In this document: in pieces, positions 34,153 to 46,800 of the stretch
How the letters are laid out: every line of letters starts with the position of its first letter
How positions within the stretch are numbered: the first letter of the stretch is position 1
Origin: Octopus vulgaris
Lineage: Eukaryota
Direction of reading: 5' to 3'
Assembly (NCBI GenBank): GCA_951406725.2
Contig: OX597815.1
Span: 35,484,001-35,608,000 of the forward strand
Length of the DNA: 124,000 bases
Translations under genes and position numbers: made by a program
The notes under the pieces: model-generated
What the model saw: only the letters and a program-made list of their open reading frames with translations
Databases searched by the model: none
What the model was told of the DNA's origin: nothing

Positions 34153-34917
34153 TATATTCGAACGAATGAGTACCCAGTTCTTGTAGAGGATATATGGTTT
34201 TTTTGTTTTTTTAAAACTGACACTGAGAGTTTGTTTTGCGACTTGAGTTTCACACTTCTGCTATCATCAGGCAAAAGGGCTTAATAAAAATGAATAAAAT
34301 CAGATTTAGAGCAATAAGCTATGATATATATAATTATAGTTAGAATGAATTTACACTGGGAAATATAAACAGGTATTTTATATTCAAATAAATACATACC
34401 TACATAATATATACATATATTCATATACTTACATACAACACACATACACACACATGCGCGAGTGTGTGTGTGGGTGTGTGGGTGTGTGTGGGTGTGTTTT
34501 ATATATTTTTTTCTCCGTATGCGAATGCAATGCATGTTTCTAGCAGTTACAAGTATTAAAAGATATTGTCGTTAGCTTAAGACAGCTGTAAATGGATACT
34601 GATAATGTACGAGGTTGGTTCTGTTGAAACGGAGAAGTTAAGTCGGACAATAATAGAAGCAGACGAAATGTCGAGAAATTAGTTAAAATGCTTCCTGCCA
34701 GCAAAATACCATGCTTTACAGAAACGGCCGCAATTCCTGAAATTAACATTTGAGAAAGCAAGTCACGAATATCACTTCTAAAAACTCTTCCCTGTCCTGG
34801 TAAAAAAAAAAAGAATCAATTAACCAAACTAGGGACACTCCTGGTTACTAGCTTGTAGAGTACGTATATATATATATATATATATATATGGGGGAGGTGT
34901 GATTTGTGTCTGGGGGG

Positions 34918-35228
34918 TGAAGGCGCATGGCTCAGTGGTTAGAGCGTCGAGCTTACGATCGTGAGGTTGTGACGTTCGATTCCCGGACCGGGCTGTGTTG
35001 TGTTCTTGAGCAAGACACTTTATTTCACGTTGCTCCAGTTAACTCAGCTGTAGAAATGAGTTGCGACATCACTGGTGCCAAGCTGTATCGGCCTTTGCCT
35101 TTCCCCTTGGATAACATCAGTGGTGTGGAAGGCTGGTATGCATGGGCGACAGCTAGCCTTCCACAAACAATCTTGCTCGGACTTGTGCCTCGGAGGGTAA
35201 CTTTCTAGATGCAATCCCATGGTCATTC
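34918..35228 (+). mobile_element. tRNA-derived SINE
   Basis: ggcgcatggctcagtggttagagc A box, gttcgattccc B box, CORE-like gtgttcttgagcaagacactt. Confidence 0.8.
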
Positions 35229-35246
35229 ATGACCGAAGGGGGTCTC

Positions 35247-35308
<62 letters not shown>

Positions 35309-37129
35309 TGGGCCGACTCTTGATACACAGCCTATATAAGCTTATAAACCAGATCCAAAAATGTCGCCATCGCCGACTACCTACATTACTGGTGGTGTGT
35401 AAAGTTTATTTTCTCTGAATGATAGCATTAAGGATTTTCTGTATGAAACTTAGAAGTCGGAATTTGAAATTCTATTTAGATTCACGATCGAAATAACATC
35501 ATTTACTTCTCTGTAACCGACAAGTTGACTAATCTACGAATTTATTTTACAATCAACGTCCTCGCTATAATATGAGGTATGTCAATCTAATATTGGTTTC
35601 AAATTTTGGCACAAGACCAGCAATTTCAAATTTTGGCACAAGACCAGCAAATCGACCCAAGTGTTCAACTGGTTCTTATTTAATCAACCCGGAAGAGATA
35701 AAAGACGAAGTCGACCTCGGCGGAATTCGAACTCAGAACGTAAAAACGGACGAAATACCGCTAAGCATTTTGCCCGGTGTTTTAACGATTCTACCAGCTC
35801 TTCGCTTTATGTCAATCTAATATAGGCGTAGTGAAATAAAAACTAAGATCGAGCTCTCCAGAGAAAAACCAAACTAGAAATAGAAAACATGATTTTGAAA
35901 TGGACTCAACTATTTACAATAATTTAGCTGCTATCAAACTTCTATCAGTTCCAACGCTGAATTACTGGTCTGAAAAGAAAACAACTCGAGTGACGACATT
36001 TAAATAACGTTATGTTTACAATCTTAGAATTATGAAGCGTCACGACGCAAACATACACCGTATAGAAATATAAACCAGGTGAACAGAGTAAATATATGTT
36101 TGCCAATACGATGACATTTGTATAAAAGAAAATATTTCGTTGAAAACTGAAAATTCACTTCTGTAAAAATAGTATAAATAAAATCGACAGTGATCAACAA
36201 AAACAAAGCAATATGCTATATAACTCAGAAACAATTTTTTTAAAAGATAGATAAAAAGCACTTATGTGATAAAAACATTTTCAATAAACAATTCAAAAAG
36301 AAATGTGTGACAAAAATATTCTTTACATCTCCACATATTGACAACGGGTTTGTCAAAAACAACAAACTGCTACAAAGATATTGAGAAGGAACGTAGTAAA
36401 GTCGAACATACTAAGAGCAATGACGGAAATAAAATATGAAAAACAAAATCTAAAGGAATAATTATAAATATATTGATATTAACTGAATTACGCTTGAATG
36501 AAATTGTATAGTCGTTATAAACACAACTGAATTGCCATTTGTTATGTTATCTGGTTTTGGAATCACAGCTGTTCTCGAGACGCCAGCTGAATGTCAGCAT
36601 AACCAGACATGTCACTGTAACCTCATCTTTTTAAGATTTCCGACTCGGTAACAAAACGATTGGTTGATAGTGATGGAAAGAGAATATATTGATATTTTGT
36701 CCTGAGTCAGAAAAGTGGTCGGCTCACCGACATAAGCGTGTCAAATGCTTCACTTTTGTTAACCTAATACTACTCTGGGGTAAGAGCTAAATAAGTGCTA
36801 TACCTAGTAGAATTTAATTAATTAGTTAATTAATTTTTGTTTAATTTAATGTCTCAGAAGCTTGTGAAATTATCGGTTCTTCACTGGTTTGTTGTTAGCG
36901 AGTGGACAACAGATGAATTTCAAAATGCCATCAGCTAATACAATATCCACCAGGCTTTTTAACATCCATCTAGATTCTACAAGTATTTGTTTAATCGATC
37001 ACTTACTTTCTAAAGGGATTAAAGGTTGAGATGACCTCTGCCAGTGATATCAAATAAGGATAAGGTTATTAGTTAATCATTCATTGAAATTTCGATCTTG
37101 AAACTGTAAAATACCAATTTCGTCGTTAG

Positions 37130-38000
37130 TTTGATTGCTGTTATCACCCCCAACTAATTTGTTCGTTGTTATCGGCCCCACCAGCATACTCATTCGTATT
37201 ATTCGCATCAATTTATTTATTGCAGGCACTCCCACCTATTTGTTTATTGATAGCAGGTCAAAGTATTCGTTGCTATGGCTTCCACCACTGTTCGTTGCTC
37301 TCACCCCTACCAGTTTGTTCGTTGCTATAGCTCCCAACAATTTCTTCGTTGCTCTCACCCCCACCAATATTTTCGTTGCTATATCTCCCCACCAAATTGT
37401 TCGTTATTATGGCTCCCAAGAATTTGTTCGATGCTCTCACCCTCATCAATTTGTTCGTTGCTATGCTCCACCCCCACTCACCCGCCACAATTTGTCTATT
37501 GTTTTGTTATTCTCACCCCCACATCAATTTCCTCGTTGCTGTGACTCCCAACAATTTCTTCGTGGCTCTCACACTCCCATCAAATTTGTTCGTAACTAGG
37601 ATTTTCACCAGCTTGTTGGTTGCTAACCCCAGAACAAATTTGTTCATTGCTAGCAACCTCACCAATTTGTACGTTGCTGACTCCCACCAATTTTTTCATT
37701 GCTAACTCCCTCACAATTTGTTCGCTGCTCTGACTACCAACAATTTGTTCGCTGTTCTGACTACCAACAATTTGTTCGCTACCCTTACCCCCATCAATTT
37801 GTTTGTTGCTATCTTCCCTACAAGATTGTCCCTTGATAGTGCTCTCGTTATTTTGTTCGGCGCTATCACCCATCAATTTTTTCATTACAGCTTCTAACAA
37901 ATATATTCGTTACTAGCATTTTCACCTGTTTGCTCGTTTCTAGTGCTCACACGAAAGTTATTCGTTCATAGCATTCCCATAAGTTTGTTCATTAATAACA
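37130..38000. repeat. degenerate about 30-bp minisatellite (ctctcacccccaccaatttgttcgttgcta-like)
   Basis: More than 20 imperfect units by eye; explains ORFs 37135-37900. Confidence 0.85.
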
Positions 38001-40605
38001 CTCCCATAAATTTCTTCTAACTATATCATTTTCTTTCTTGTTCTTTTACCAAGCAAGATGGTTTAGCGAAATCTAATTCGTATTTCGTTTTGCAGCAATG
38101 TACAACCAACCATTCATTATATATGGGCTTAATATTTTCCTGCGAGAAAATATTCCCTTGACTACTTCGGTTAGCTACTGTAAATAATTAGTAGTTATCG
38201 ATGTAAAACTGAGCTGCTACATTTGCAAATGGTTGAATCTAACGATGAAGTTTTTACTGGTTTTATTACAGTGCTGTCAAGGCGGTGAGCTGGCAAAATA
38301 GTTAGCACACTGGATAAAAGGATTTACTGTATTTTCTCCGCCTTTGCAGTCTGAGTTCTAATTCCACCGAGGTTGGCCTCGTTTTTCATCTTTTGGGGGT
38401 CGGTGAAATAAGTATCAGTTAAGCACTGAAGTTGATGAAATCGACTAGCGCCCCCACACACACACACACACACCTAAAGTTTCATGCTTTGTACTTATAG
38501 TAGAAAAGACTATTATAACGGAGTCAAGAAAGCGAATTTGCAGAATCGTTAGCAAGCCGGACAAAATGCTCAGTGGCATTTCTTACGACCTTATGTTTCG
38601 AGTTCAAATTCTGCTGAGGAAGACTTTATCTTTCATCCTTTCGGAATCAATAAAATAAGTACAAGGTCAATATAATCCACTAGTCTCCTCACCCAAAATT
38701 TCAGGTTTTGTGTCTCGAGTAGAATTATTATAGTGGTGTAAGCCACGGAGCCTCCACAGAATACAGGTCTTCTTTTTTTTTCTTTTTTCTTTTTTTCGAT
38801 TTCTCTGACTTACCCTCTTGTTTTTCGAAAGGTATTTGAAACTGGCTCGTTTTTATAACTTATTTCCTTGCTCGCCTTCATCTTCATCTCCTTTTCCTCT
38901 TGATCAGCCCCATCTTATTTCTTTCATCCCTCTTTCTTGCTTTCCTTTTCTTGTGAAAAATGACGTTCGAATGTAAAGTGGGCTCTCTTAATACATGTGG
39001 GTGAAAGGTACCCCGATTCGTTTTATTTTGGGAGAGTAATAACCGATCGTGTATCGTAAGAGATCTATTCAATCAATACCCAATTATTCTGTTGTCCCAC
39101 TTACATCTGCAGCTTCTATAACACTGTATATAACAAGTTAACATCTGAATCAAAAGCTCAGCGATGCAGGCCAGGAATAATGTATTGCAGTTCAATTGTT
39201 CCAATCTTTCCCCAGTTTTAAAAAATGATTTCGGCAAATGTTATTCTAACCCCTACGAGCCAAATCATATTGAGGTCTACATATAAATCAAACCATTAAA
39301 TATCAAGGACTTGGTCAGTTCGTAAAAAGGGAAAACATTCTCAACTTCCTCTGTAGTCTTACAATACTTCCCTTACACTGACGTTAGATACAGGAAACAA
39401 TCAAGGTAAACTTCTAGATCTTTCCCCACACCGAAGAAATACCCTAGTTTCCAAAAAAAACTCAAACACGTGTGGTTCCCCTCATGGCCGCAGCTACTAC
39501 ATGGGAAACAATAATTTCATCAAGATATTTAGCGTGATTAGAACCTTGAATTTTAAATTGAGGAATTTAACCAAGGAGTAGGGGCCGAAACTGGACGTGG
39601 TTCATCCTGATGATGTCTTGAGCTAATTGGATCCTATAAAGGAGCAGACCACGAAACACGGTTGAAATTCCTCAGGAAAAGATACGGAGAATTCACATAT
39701 TAATTGCTTCATTTATTTACAATTATTATTACGAAGTTCAACATTTTTGTCAATGTTATAGACAATGTACACATCCAGAGCTAACAAAGGGCGTACCATT
39801 GTATCCTTCCAAACAGTTACTGCTTCACAGAGTATCGAGAATGACGTACAGTATTTCTTAATCTACAGCTTTTTGTTTAGCATTCATCTGTAATGTCAAA
39901 TAATTACTTCAACTCCGTATGAATAATTACTGTTGCAAATTAATTAAATTCATCTAAATATTTTAGTGTCTAACTTTTCGATAATAATGGTTCCATACAT
40001 TTTTAAAACAAGTTCTTGCGGTTAATTAGCTATCAATTGAAGGCGGCGAATTGGCAGAATCGTTCTGACAAAATGCATTTCGCTACATTTCTTCAGGCTC
40101 TTTGTTCTAAGCTCAAATTCAGTCGTAGTCAACTTTGCCTTTCATCCTTTCCGGATCGATAAACTTCGTTCAAAATTAATGGTCTTATGCCAAAATTAGA
40201 AAGAACAGTCTGTCACTGTTATGAGTCAAAAGAATTGGTAAAACAATTGAACAAGCTGTTCATTCCTACCAAAAAGACCTTCGTGGGACTTAATTCTACA
40301 GTGAGGTCAAACGTATAAGGATATATAATTTATCCGTAACCTACGTTGTATTGCTTTTTAATTAAACTTGAACTATTATGTAAATGAGATTAAGTCACAT
40401 GCTTGTTTACTTTTTAATGTGTAGTCTTCTGTGACATTCGGCATTTTGTGAAAGAGAGACATTCAAATCCTGGTGGTTTCTTAAATAACAATGAAGCTAA
40501 TCGCTTCGATCCTCATTCCAAACAACCGAAAATCCCTCCTGTGTCTTAAATTTACAGCAAGACTCACTACATATGACTTATTATGACTGCTATTTCATAG
40601 GAAAG

Positions 40606-40655
40606 AAGGGAGGCAATTTCCATCAAAATCTATTTTTTTTAGAGTTGCTTCCCTT
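40606..40655. promoter_or_regulatory. inverted pair of AGTTRYYTCCCTT-like motifs upstream of the WARS2 ATG
   Basis: aagggaggcaatt at 40606-40618 and agttgcttccctt at 40643-40655; similar pair at MRPL49. Confidence 0.4.
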
Positions 40656-40671
40656 TATAAAGTAAACAATC

Positions 40672-40815
40672 ATGGCGTCGTCCTTTAAACATGTTGGTTT
40701 GAAGGCACGTTACGCGCAAGGTGCGTGTCATTTCTCTATGTCCAAATTATTGTCACCTTCATCACATCATCGACAACGTTCTTTAATACCTACTACTGCT
40801 GTACATACAATGACA
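40672..40815 (+). CDS. WARS2: WARS2 exon 1 (mitochondrial targeting peptide)
   Basis: [10 protein letters not shown]...HTMT then GTAAGT donor, phase 0, joins exon 2. Confidence 0.8.
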
Positions 40816-43800
40816 GTAAGTATAAATTCGACTGTAAATTCCATTCAAAGTTCAAAAGTATGATATTCCGTGAATGTCACCTTACAGATTTGTATTTATG
40901 TTTGGTGTTTCTCTTAATATTTACTGATAGCTTATTGTGAGGGGACTTTTGAAGTTTAGAGGGTAGAGATGTGAATGACATTTTCCTGCATCCGTTTTTA
41001 TCTTTAAATAATTACACTTATTGCCATATATTTGCATGTATTTCTTTATCTGCTTGAGAAGTGCAGTGCTCGTAGCCTTTTCACATCCTCCTAACATGTA
41101 TAATATAAAATTATATACGTCTTCCTTTTGTGTTATTGAGGGTCACTAAATGGCTCGTATCCTGTGACTAGCGCTAGACAATGTCCTCAACAACGACACA
41201 GTTTACGCGGGTCAAATCCATCAGCTGAGGGAAAGCACTGTGTTGTCCGACTTGTTCGAAATGGGTGGGTCGAATTTCCCTCAAATCACCAACTACCGTT
41301 TTAAACAAGAAAGATCCATTAAATCATGTATTCCTACATATCTCTCCAAAATAAAATGTGATGGCCACAACTAATCAGCAACAACAACCTCACTAACTAC
41401 ATACTGAAGTGCATATCACCCATTAAACGGTGGAGACGTGTTCATTAACATGTAAAGCGGAGTAAATTAGAAATGAATGAACTCCACCACTTCGAGATGC
41501 CCGATGTATACTAGATAGAGTTATGCCTGTCATTCGTATTTCGTTCTTCTCTTTCTCTTCTATTATCATTCCATTCATATCTAAGATGCATTATAGGAAT
41601 AATTCAACCCCAACAGTGGACTGGTACTTTTACTTTAGTCACTTCAAAAGTTAAATTTGGCAAGATTTTAATTCAGAATGAAAGAACTTTGCCAAAATAT
41701 GACCAGGCATTTTAGCCATAACTCTAAACTTTCATCCAATCCACTGCCTTAATCATCATCGTTTAACGTCCGTTCTCCATGCTAGCATGGGTTGGACGGT
41801 TCGACCGGGATCCAAGGTAGTTTGGATGAACTGGGGCTTCTGTGAAGTTGGTGCAGGAAACAGCCATAAACTCACACATCTCTCCTCATTCATCCATAGT
41901 ACATGACCATACCAGCGCAGACGTCTCTCTTGCACGCCACGTCTGATGCTTCTTATGTCCAGCATTTCTCTCAGGGTGCTTTCACTCTGTCGTGTGTGCA
42001 CACTGACATTACACATCTAGCGGATCATGCTAGCTTCATTTCTTTCAAGCCTACGCATGTCCTCTGCAGTCACAGCCCATGTTTCACTACCGTGAAGCGT
42101 GGCAGATCACATACATGCATCGTACAATCTACCTTTCATTCTGAGCGAGAGGCCCTTTGTCACCAGTAGGGGTAGAAGCTTTCTAAACTTTGCCCAGGCT
42201 ATTCGTATTCTAGTGGTGACACTCTCTGAACATCCACCTTCACTACTAACTTGGTCACCCAGGTAGCGGAAACTATCAACTACTTCTAGTTTCTCTCCCT
42301 GGAGTGTGATGGAATCTGTTTTCTGAGTATCTGTGATGTCTATTGCACCTGTGCATCTGCCGCACATGAAAGCTATCTTCTCAGTTAATTTTCCTTTGAT
42401 GTTGCTGCACCTCTTATGCGTCCATAGCTTATACTGGGTACATCTTATGGAGTTTCTACCTACACCTTTTCTACAGATTGAACAGGGCCAGTTACTTGAG
42501 GGGGTGTGTGATGAGTTCGCTTTCTTACTTACTATAACTTTGGTCTTTGCTACATTGACTCTTGTAGTTGTCGAACCAGGAATATGGCATCAGTGGTGCT
42601 TCTACCTAGCACAAAACCAAACTGCATCTCATCTTAGCAGACTCTCTCCCTAATGAGATGGGCTATGACCCTCTCTGTGACCTTCATCACCTGATCTAAC
42701 AGTTTAATACCCCTGTAGTTATTTCTATCTAGAGCATCACCATTACCCTTGTAGCAGTTGACTATGGTGCTGCTATGCCAGTCATTGGGTATGACTCCAT
42801 TATGAACTACCTGGTTTACAATGTGGGTGACTAGGCCATAGTCCACACCACCAGATGTTTTAAGCATCTCAGCAGTGATTCCTGATGGGCTGGGGGCTTT
42901 TTCTGGCTTCATACCCTTAACTGTTTTATCTATAAGGGAGCTGTCTATTCAGATAGCTAGTCCCTCTACTGGGTCAACATTTAGCAGGCTAAATTTTGCG
43001 ATCAGCGAAGATCATAAATTGATCTTTTTTCCAAAAATGAGCAATTTCAGTACAACAAAAATGGTAGTAGCTAATCATAAAAATCTAAGGTCATTTTCAG
43101 AATCAGCACCATCAAATAAGCTACAAAAACATGTTCTGTTTCTTGGCACCAAAAATTGTGTTGACCAGTGTTATTAGTGATGGAAGCAGTATCAGTACTA
43201 AAAGGCAGTCTTTATATTCAACTTCATATGGATCTCTTGTTAGAATACCAAATACTGAGGTATTCATCTTGAGAGGTCCTCTCTAACATTTTATCTTTCT
43301 GAGAATAAGCAGCTATATAGGCCCTAGAGGTCTGATTTATTCCCTCTTGTAAAAATTAATTTTTGTGCTTCGTTGAAAAGAAGTCCTAATTATGTCTTAA
43401 TTATGTCATTACACAGGAATCAAACCCAGATCACTCGTCACAACGGTTATTTTCAGGCATCCAGCCAACATCAGATGTTCCACATTTAGGCAATTATATT
43501 GGTGCTATCAAGAACTGGGTCAGTCTACAGGGCAAACACTCTTCAGTAATCCTCAGTTTAGTTGACCTTCATACAATTACACTGCCTCACAAACCTCAAC
43601 AGCTCAGGTAGGTGTGAAAGCATTAAGAAACATTTTCATTGAAATAACTGCTTTGAAACATGTACCAAATTATCTGTTCATTTGTCTTAATTCCATTAGA
43701 ATTTGATATGAAGTGTGCTGTAGTTTTAACTAAGATTTGGGTTTTAAATATCATGGATATTTAAATATTTAACCCTTTCGTTACCAAACCGGCTCTGGCT

Positions 43801-46800
43801 CTGAGTACAAATATCTTGTTTTCATAAGTTTTGAATTAAAATCTTCCACCAAACCTTAGTCACAATTTATGTTCCTAACACTAGCTGAATGTTAACTAAG
43901 TTATTTTGATAAACTCTTTGTTATATTTAAAGTAATTGAAAGAAACACAGAGCATCTCAAAATAAATACAGTAACAAAAGGGTTAATGAAGCTGACTGGC
44001 TACTACAACAACCCTAGTCTCTGCATATCACTACCCTCACACATTTCTCAGCAACAATAATAACTTCATTCCATCTCCAATTTCTCCATATGTCCTCATA
44101 AAATGGCCCTAACCCCAAAATATCAAAGAAATACAAGTTAAGATGTAACTGTGCTGTCTTCATTTTTGTATTTCATTTCTTACAGTTTCAGTCTTAACAA
44201 GTTTTTATCTAACTTAATATTACACAATGCTTCGCCCAAACTTCTCAATTCTAATATAACCTAAGATTTAGTTGATAAATACGGATTGTTCAAAGATGAT
44301 GTTCCATTGAGTTATACTTAACTGATGCTAAATTTCACTATCCCCAAACAAATACAATATTTCAGATAACTTTACCTACCTTTATGAAGCTTCTTCCTTA
44401 ATTAATGAATCATTACTTCAATGTCTTAGATAAGTTTTTTTTTTTATACATATATATTTACAGCCACACTACATCTTAATCTGTTTGATCTGTAATTATC
44501 ATAATTGTTTCATTCTCAGATATATTACACTGTATTGGATTGAATTCGAATTAGGAACCTTTATTCCTAAACTAAGGCTCTTGTCTACTACTACTATATC
44601 ACTGACTCTTGAACAATTAGTGTAGATGTAAATATGAAAATATGTTTCATCTTTAAAAAGGAAAAATTATTATTGTTAAGTTTATGTACCAATATTATTG
44701 GCATTTCATTACTGTCCATACTTTATACAGTAAACTCTACGGTATTACATACTGTCATATATTAGGTATAATTTTAATGATGATGTTGATGATAATGGTA
44801 GCAGTGAAGGTGGCGAGCTGGCAGAAATGGTAGCACGCCGGGTGAAATGCATAGCCGTATTTCGTCTGCTGTTATGTTCTGAGTTCAAATTCCGCCGAGG
44901 TCAACTTTGCCTTTCATCCTTTCGGAGTCGATTAAATAAGTACCAATTATGCACTGGGGTCGATTACATCGACTTAATCTGTTTGTCTGTCCTTGATTGT
45001 CCCCTCTGTGTTTAGCCTCTTGTGGGTAGTAAAGAAATAGATAATGGTAGCAGTGGTATGTGTGATAGTGTTGCAGTTGGTGCAGATACCACTAATAGAA
45101 CTGGTGTTACATTTATTGTTTCATAAGGTCAGGTGCTTTGCCCTATTGACATGGTTTTAAGTGGAAAAGTTAAGTCCTTTAGTGAAGCACACCAGATATT
45201 AAAGATGACAAGCAAAGAATATTATGTACCAGTTCCTACCAGCTATGTGCACTAAAGCATATAGAATTAAGGATTTGGGCCACAGACAATAAAACACCTG
45301 TATTAATATTAATATTGTGTGCAAGTTCACTATCTTAATATAGAATTCTAGTATTAACCAAAAGTTTTACACTACTTTTTCATGAGAGAAACATCATGAA
45401 ATTTGTGACTTTTAGGAAATAGTTAAATAGAATTTGCAATATTCAAGGCTATCTCAAGGGCATTAAGCATTATAATTCTAAATCAAAGTCAATACATAGA
45501 TTTAGCTATATATTCTTTACCTATGATCTTAAATAAATGTTGATTTAAAGTGATAGTATGTTGCCAACTTAATGTGGCAGTCCCACAGGGGAAGAATGCT
45601 ACTGCTATTTAGCCCAAGGAAACACCGTTTCTAGTTGGCCATGACACATTTTCTGTGTCCTTTGAAAACATAAGGACACAGAATATGTGTTGTGGCCAAT
45701 TGGAAACGGTGTTTCCTAGAGATAAATAACAGCAGCATTCTTCCCCATCATGGGACTGCCACATCAAGTTGGCAACATACCATCACTTTAAATCAACATT
45801 TATTTAAGATTATAATCTATTTAAGCATTATAATTCTAAATCAAAGTCAATACATATATTTAGTTATATATTCTTTACCTATGATCTTAAATAAATTTTG
45901 ATTTAAAGTGATGGTATGCTGCCAACTTGATGTGGCAGTCCCATGATGGGGAAGAATGCTGCTGTTATTCATCCCTAGGAAACACCGTTTCCAATTGACA
46001 ACAACACATATTCTGTGTCCTTATGTTTTCAAAGGACACAGAAAATGTGTCATGGCCAACTAGAAACGGTGTTTCCTTGGGCTAAATAGCAGTAGCATTC
46101 TTCCCCTGTGGAACTGCCACATTAAGTTGGCAACATACCATCACTTTATCATGCTACTACTGTATAAATCTCCCTGAGAGATTTAGAAATGTAATATTTC
46201 TAAATGTTGATTTCTTTCAATATTTCAAAAGGTCTCTGATCAAAATAACTTTCATTATTATCATTTTAATCTAATAATATTAAAAATTCTATTTTTATTG
46301 TAAGCTTTAAATATTTAATATTGATACAAATGAAAGTTCCTCAATAAAACAATTAACATCTAAAATAAGCTTCTAAATATTTAAAATTTTAATTTTTACA
46401 ATAATTTCTTTAAGGAATAACATTCTAGACATGACTGCTTGCCTTCTCGCCTGTGGTTTAGACCCTACAAAAGTCATTCTTTTCCAGCAATCTCAGGTGA
46501 GTTGTTATATTTATTTAGAAGACTTCCTTAGTCACTGAAGTTTTAGTATTTAAAATTAAGTATCAGTACAATAAGTGAAGCCATAGAAACTCACAAACGT
46601 GTTCAGAGAACACTATAGAAAATTCTTAAATTATTTAGGTTTTGCAGAAACCTTTGCTTAACTCAGCTGAAGGATTTTTTTCCTTTATTTTTAAGTTTGT
46701 ACATTAATCCTAACATAGGTAGGATGGTTCTTATAAATTTGGACATTTGCTTGAACGTGGTTAACCATCTGAACGTGGCCGTTGCCAGTGCCGCCCCGAC

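Noticed and set aside
39600-39670. Hammerhead-like CUGAUGA...GAAA
   Set aside because: Stems I and II cannot be paired convincingly; at most a dead relic
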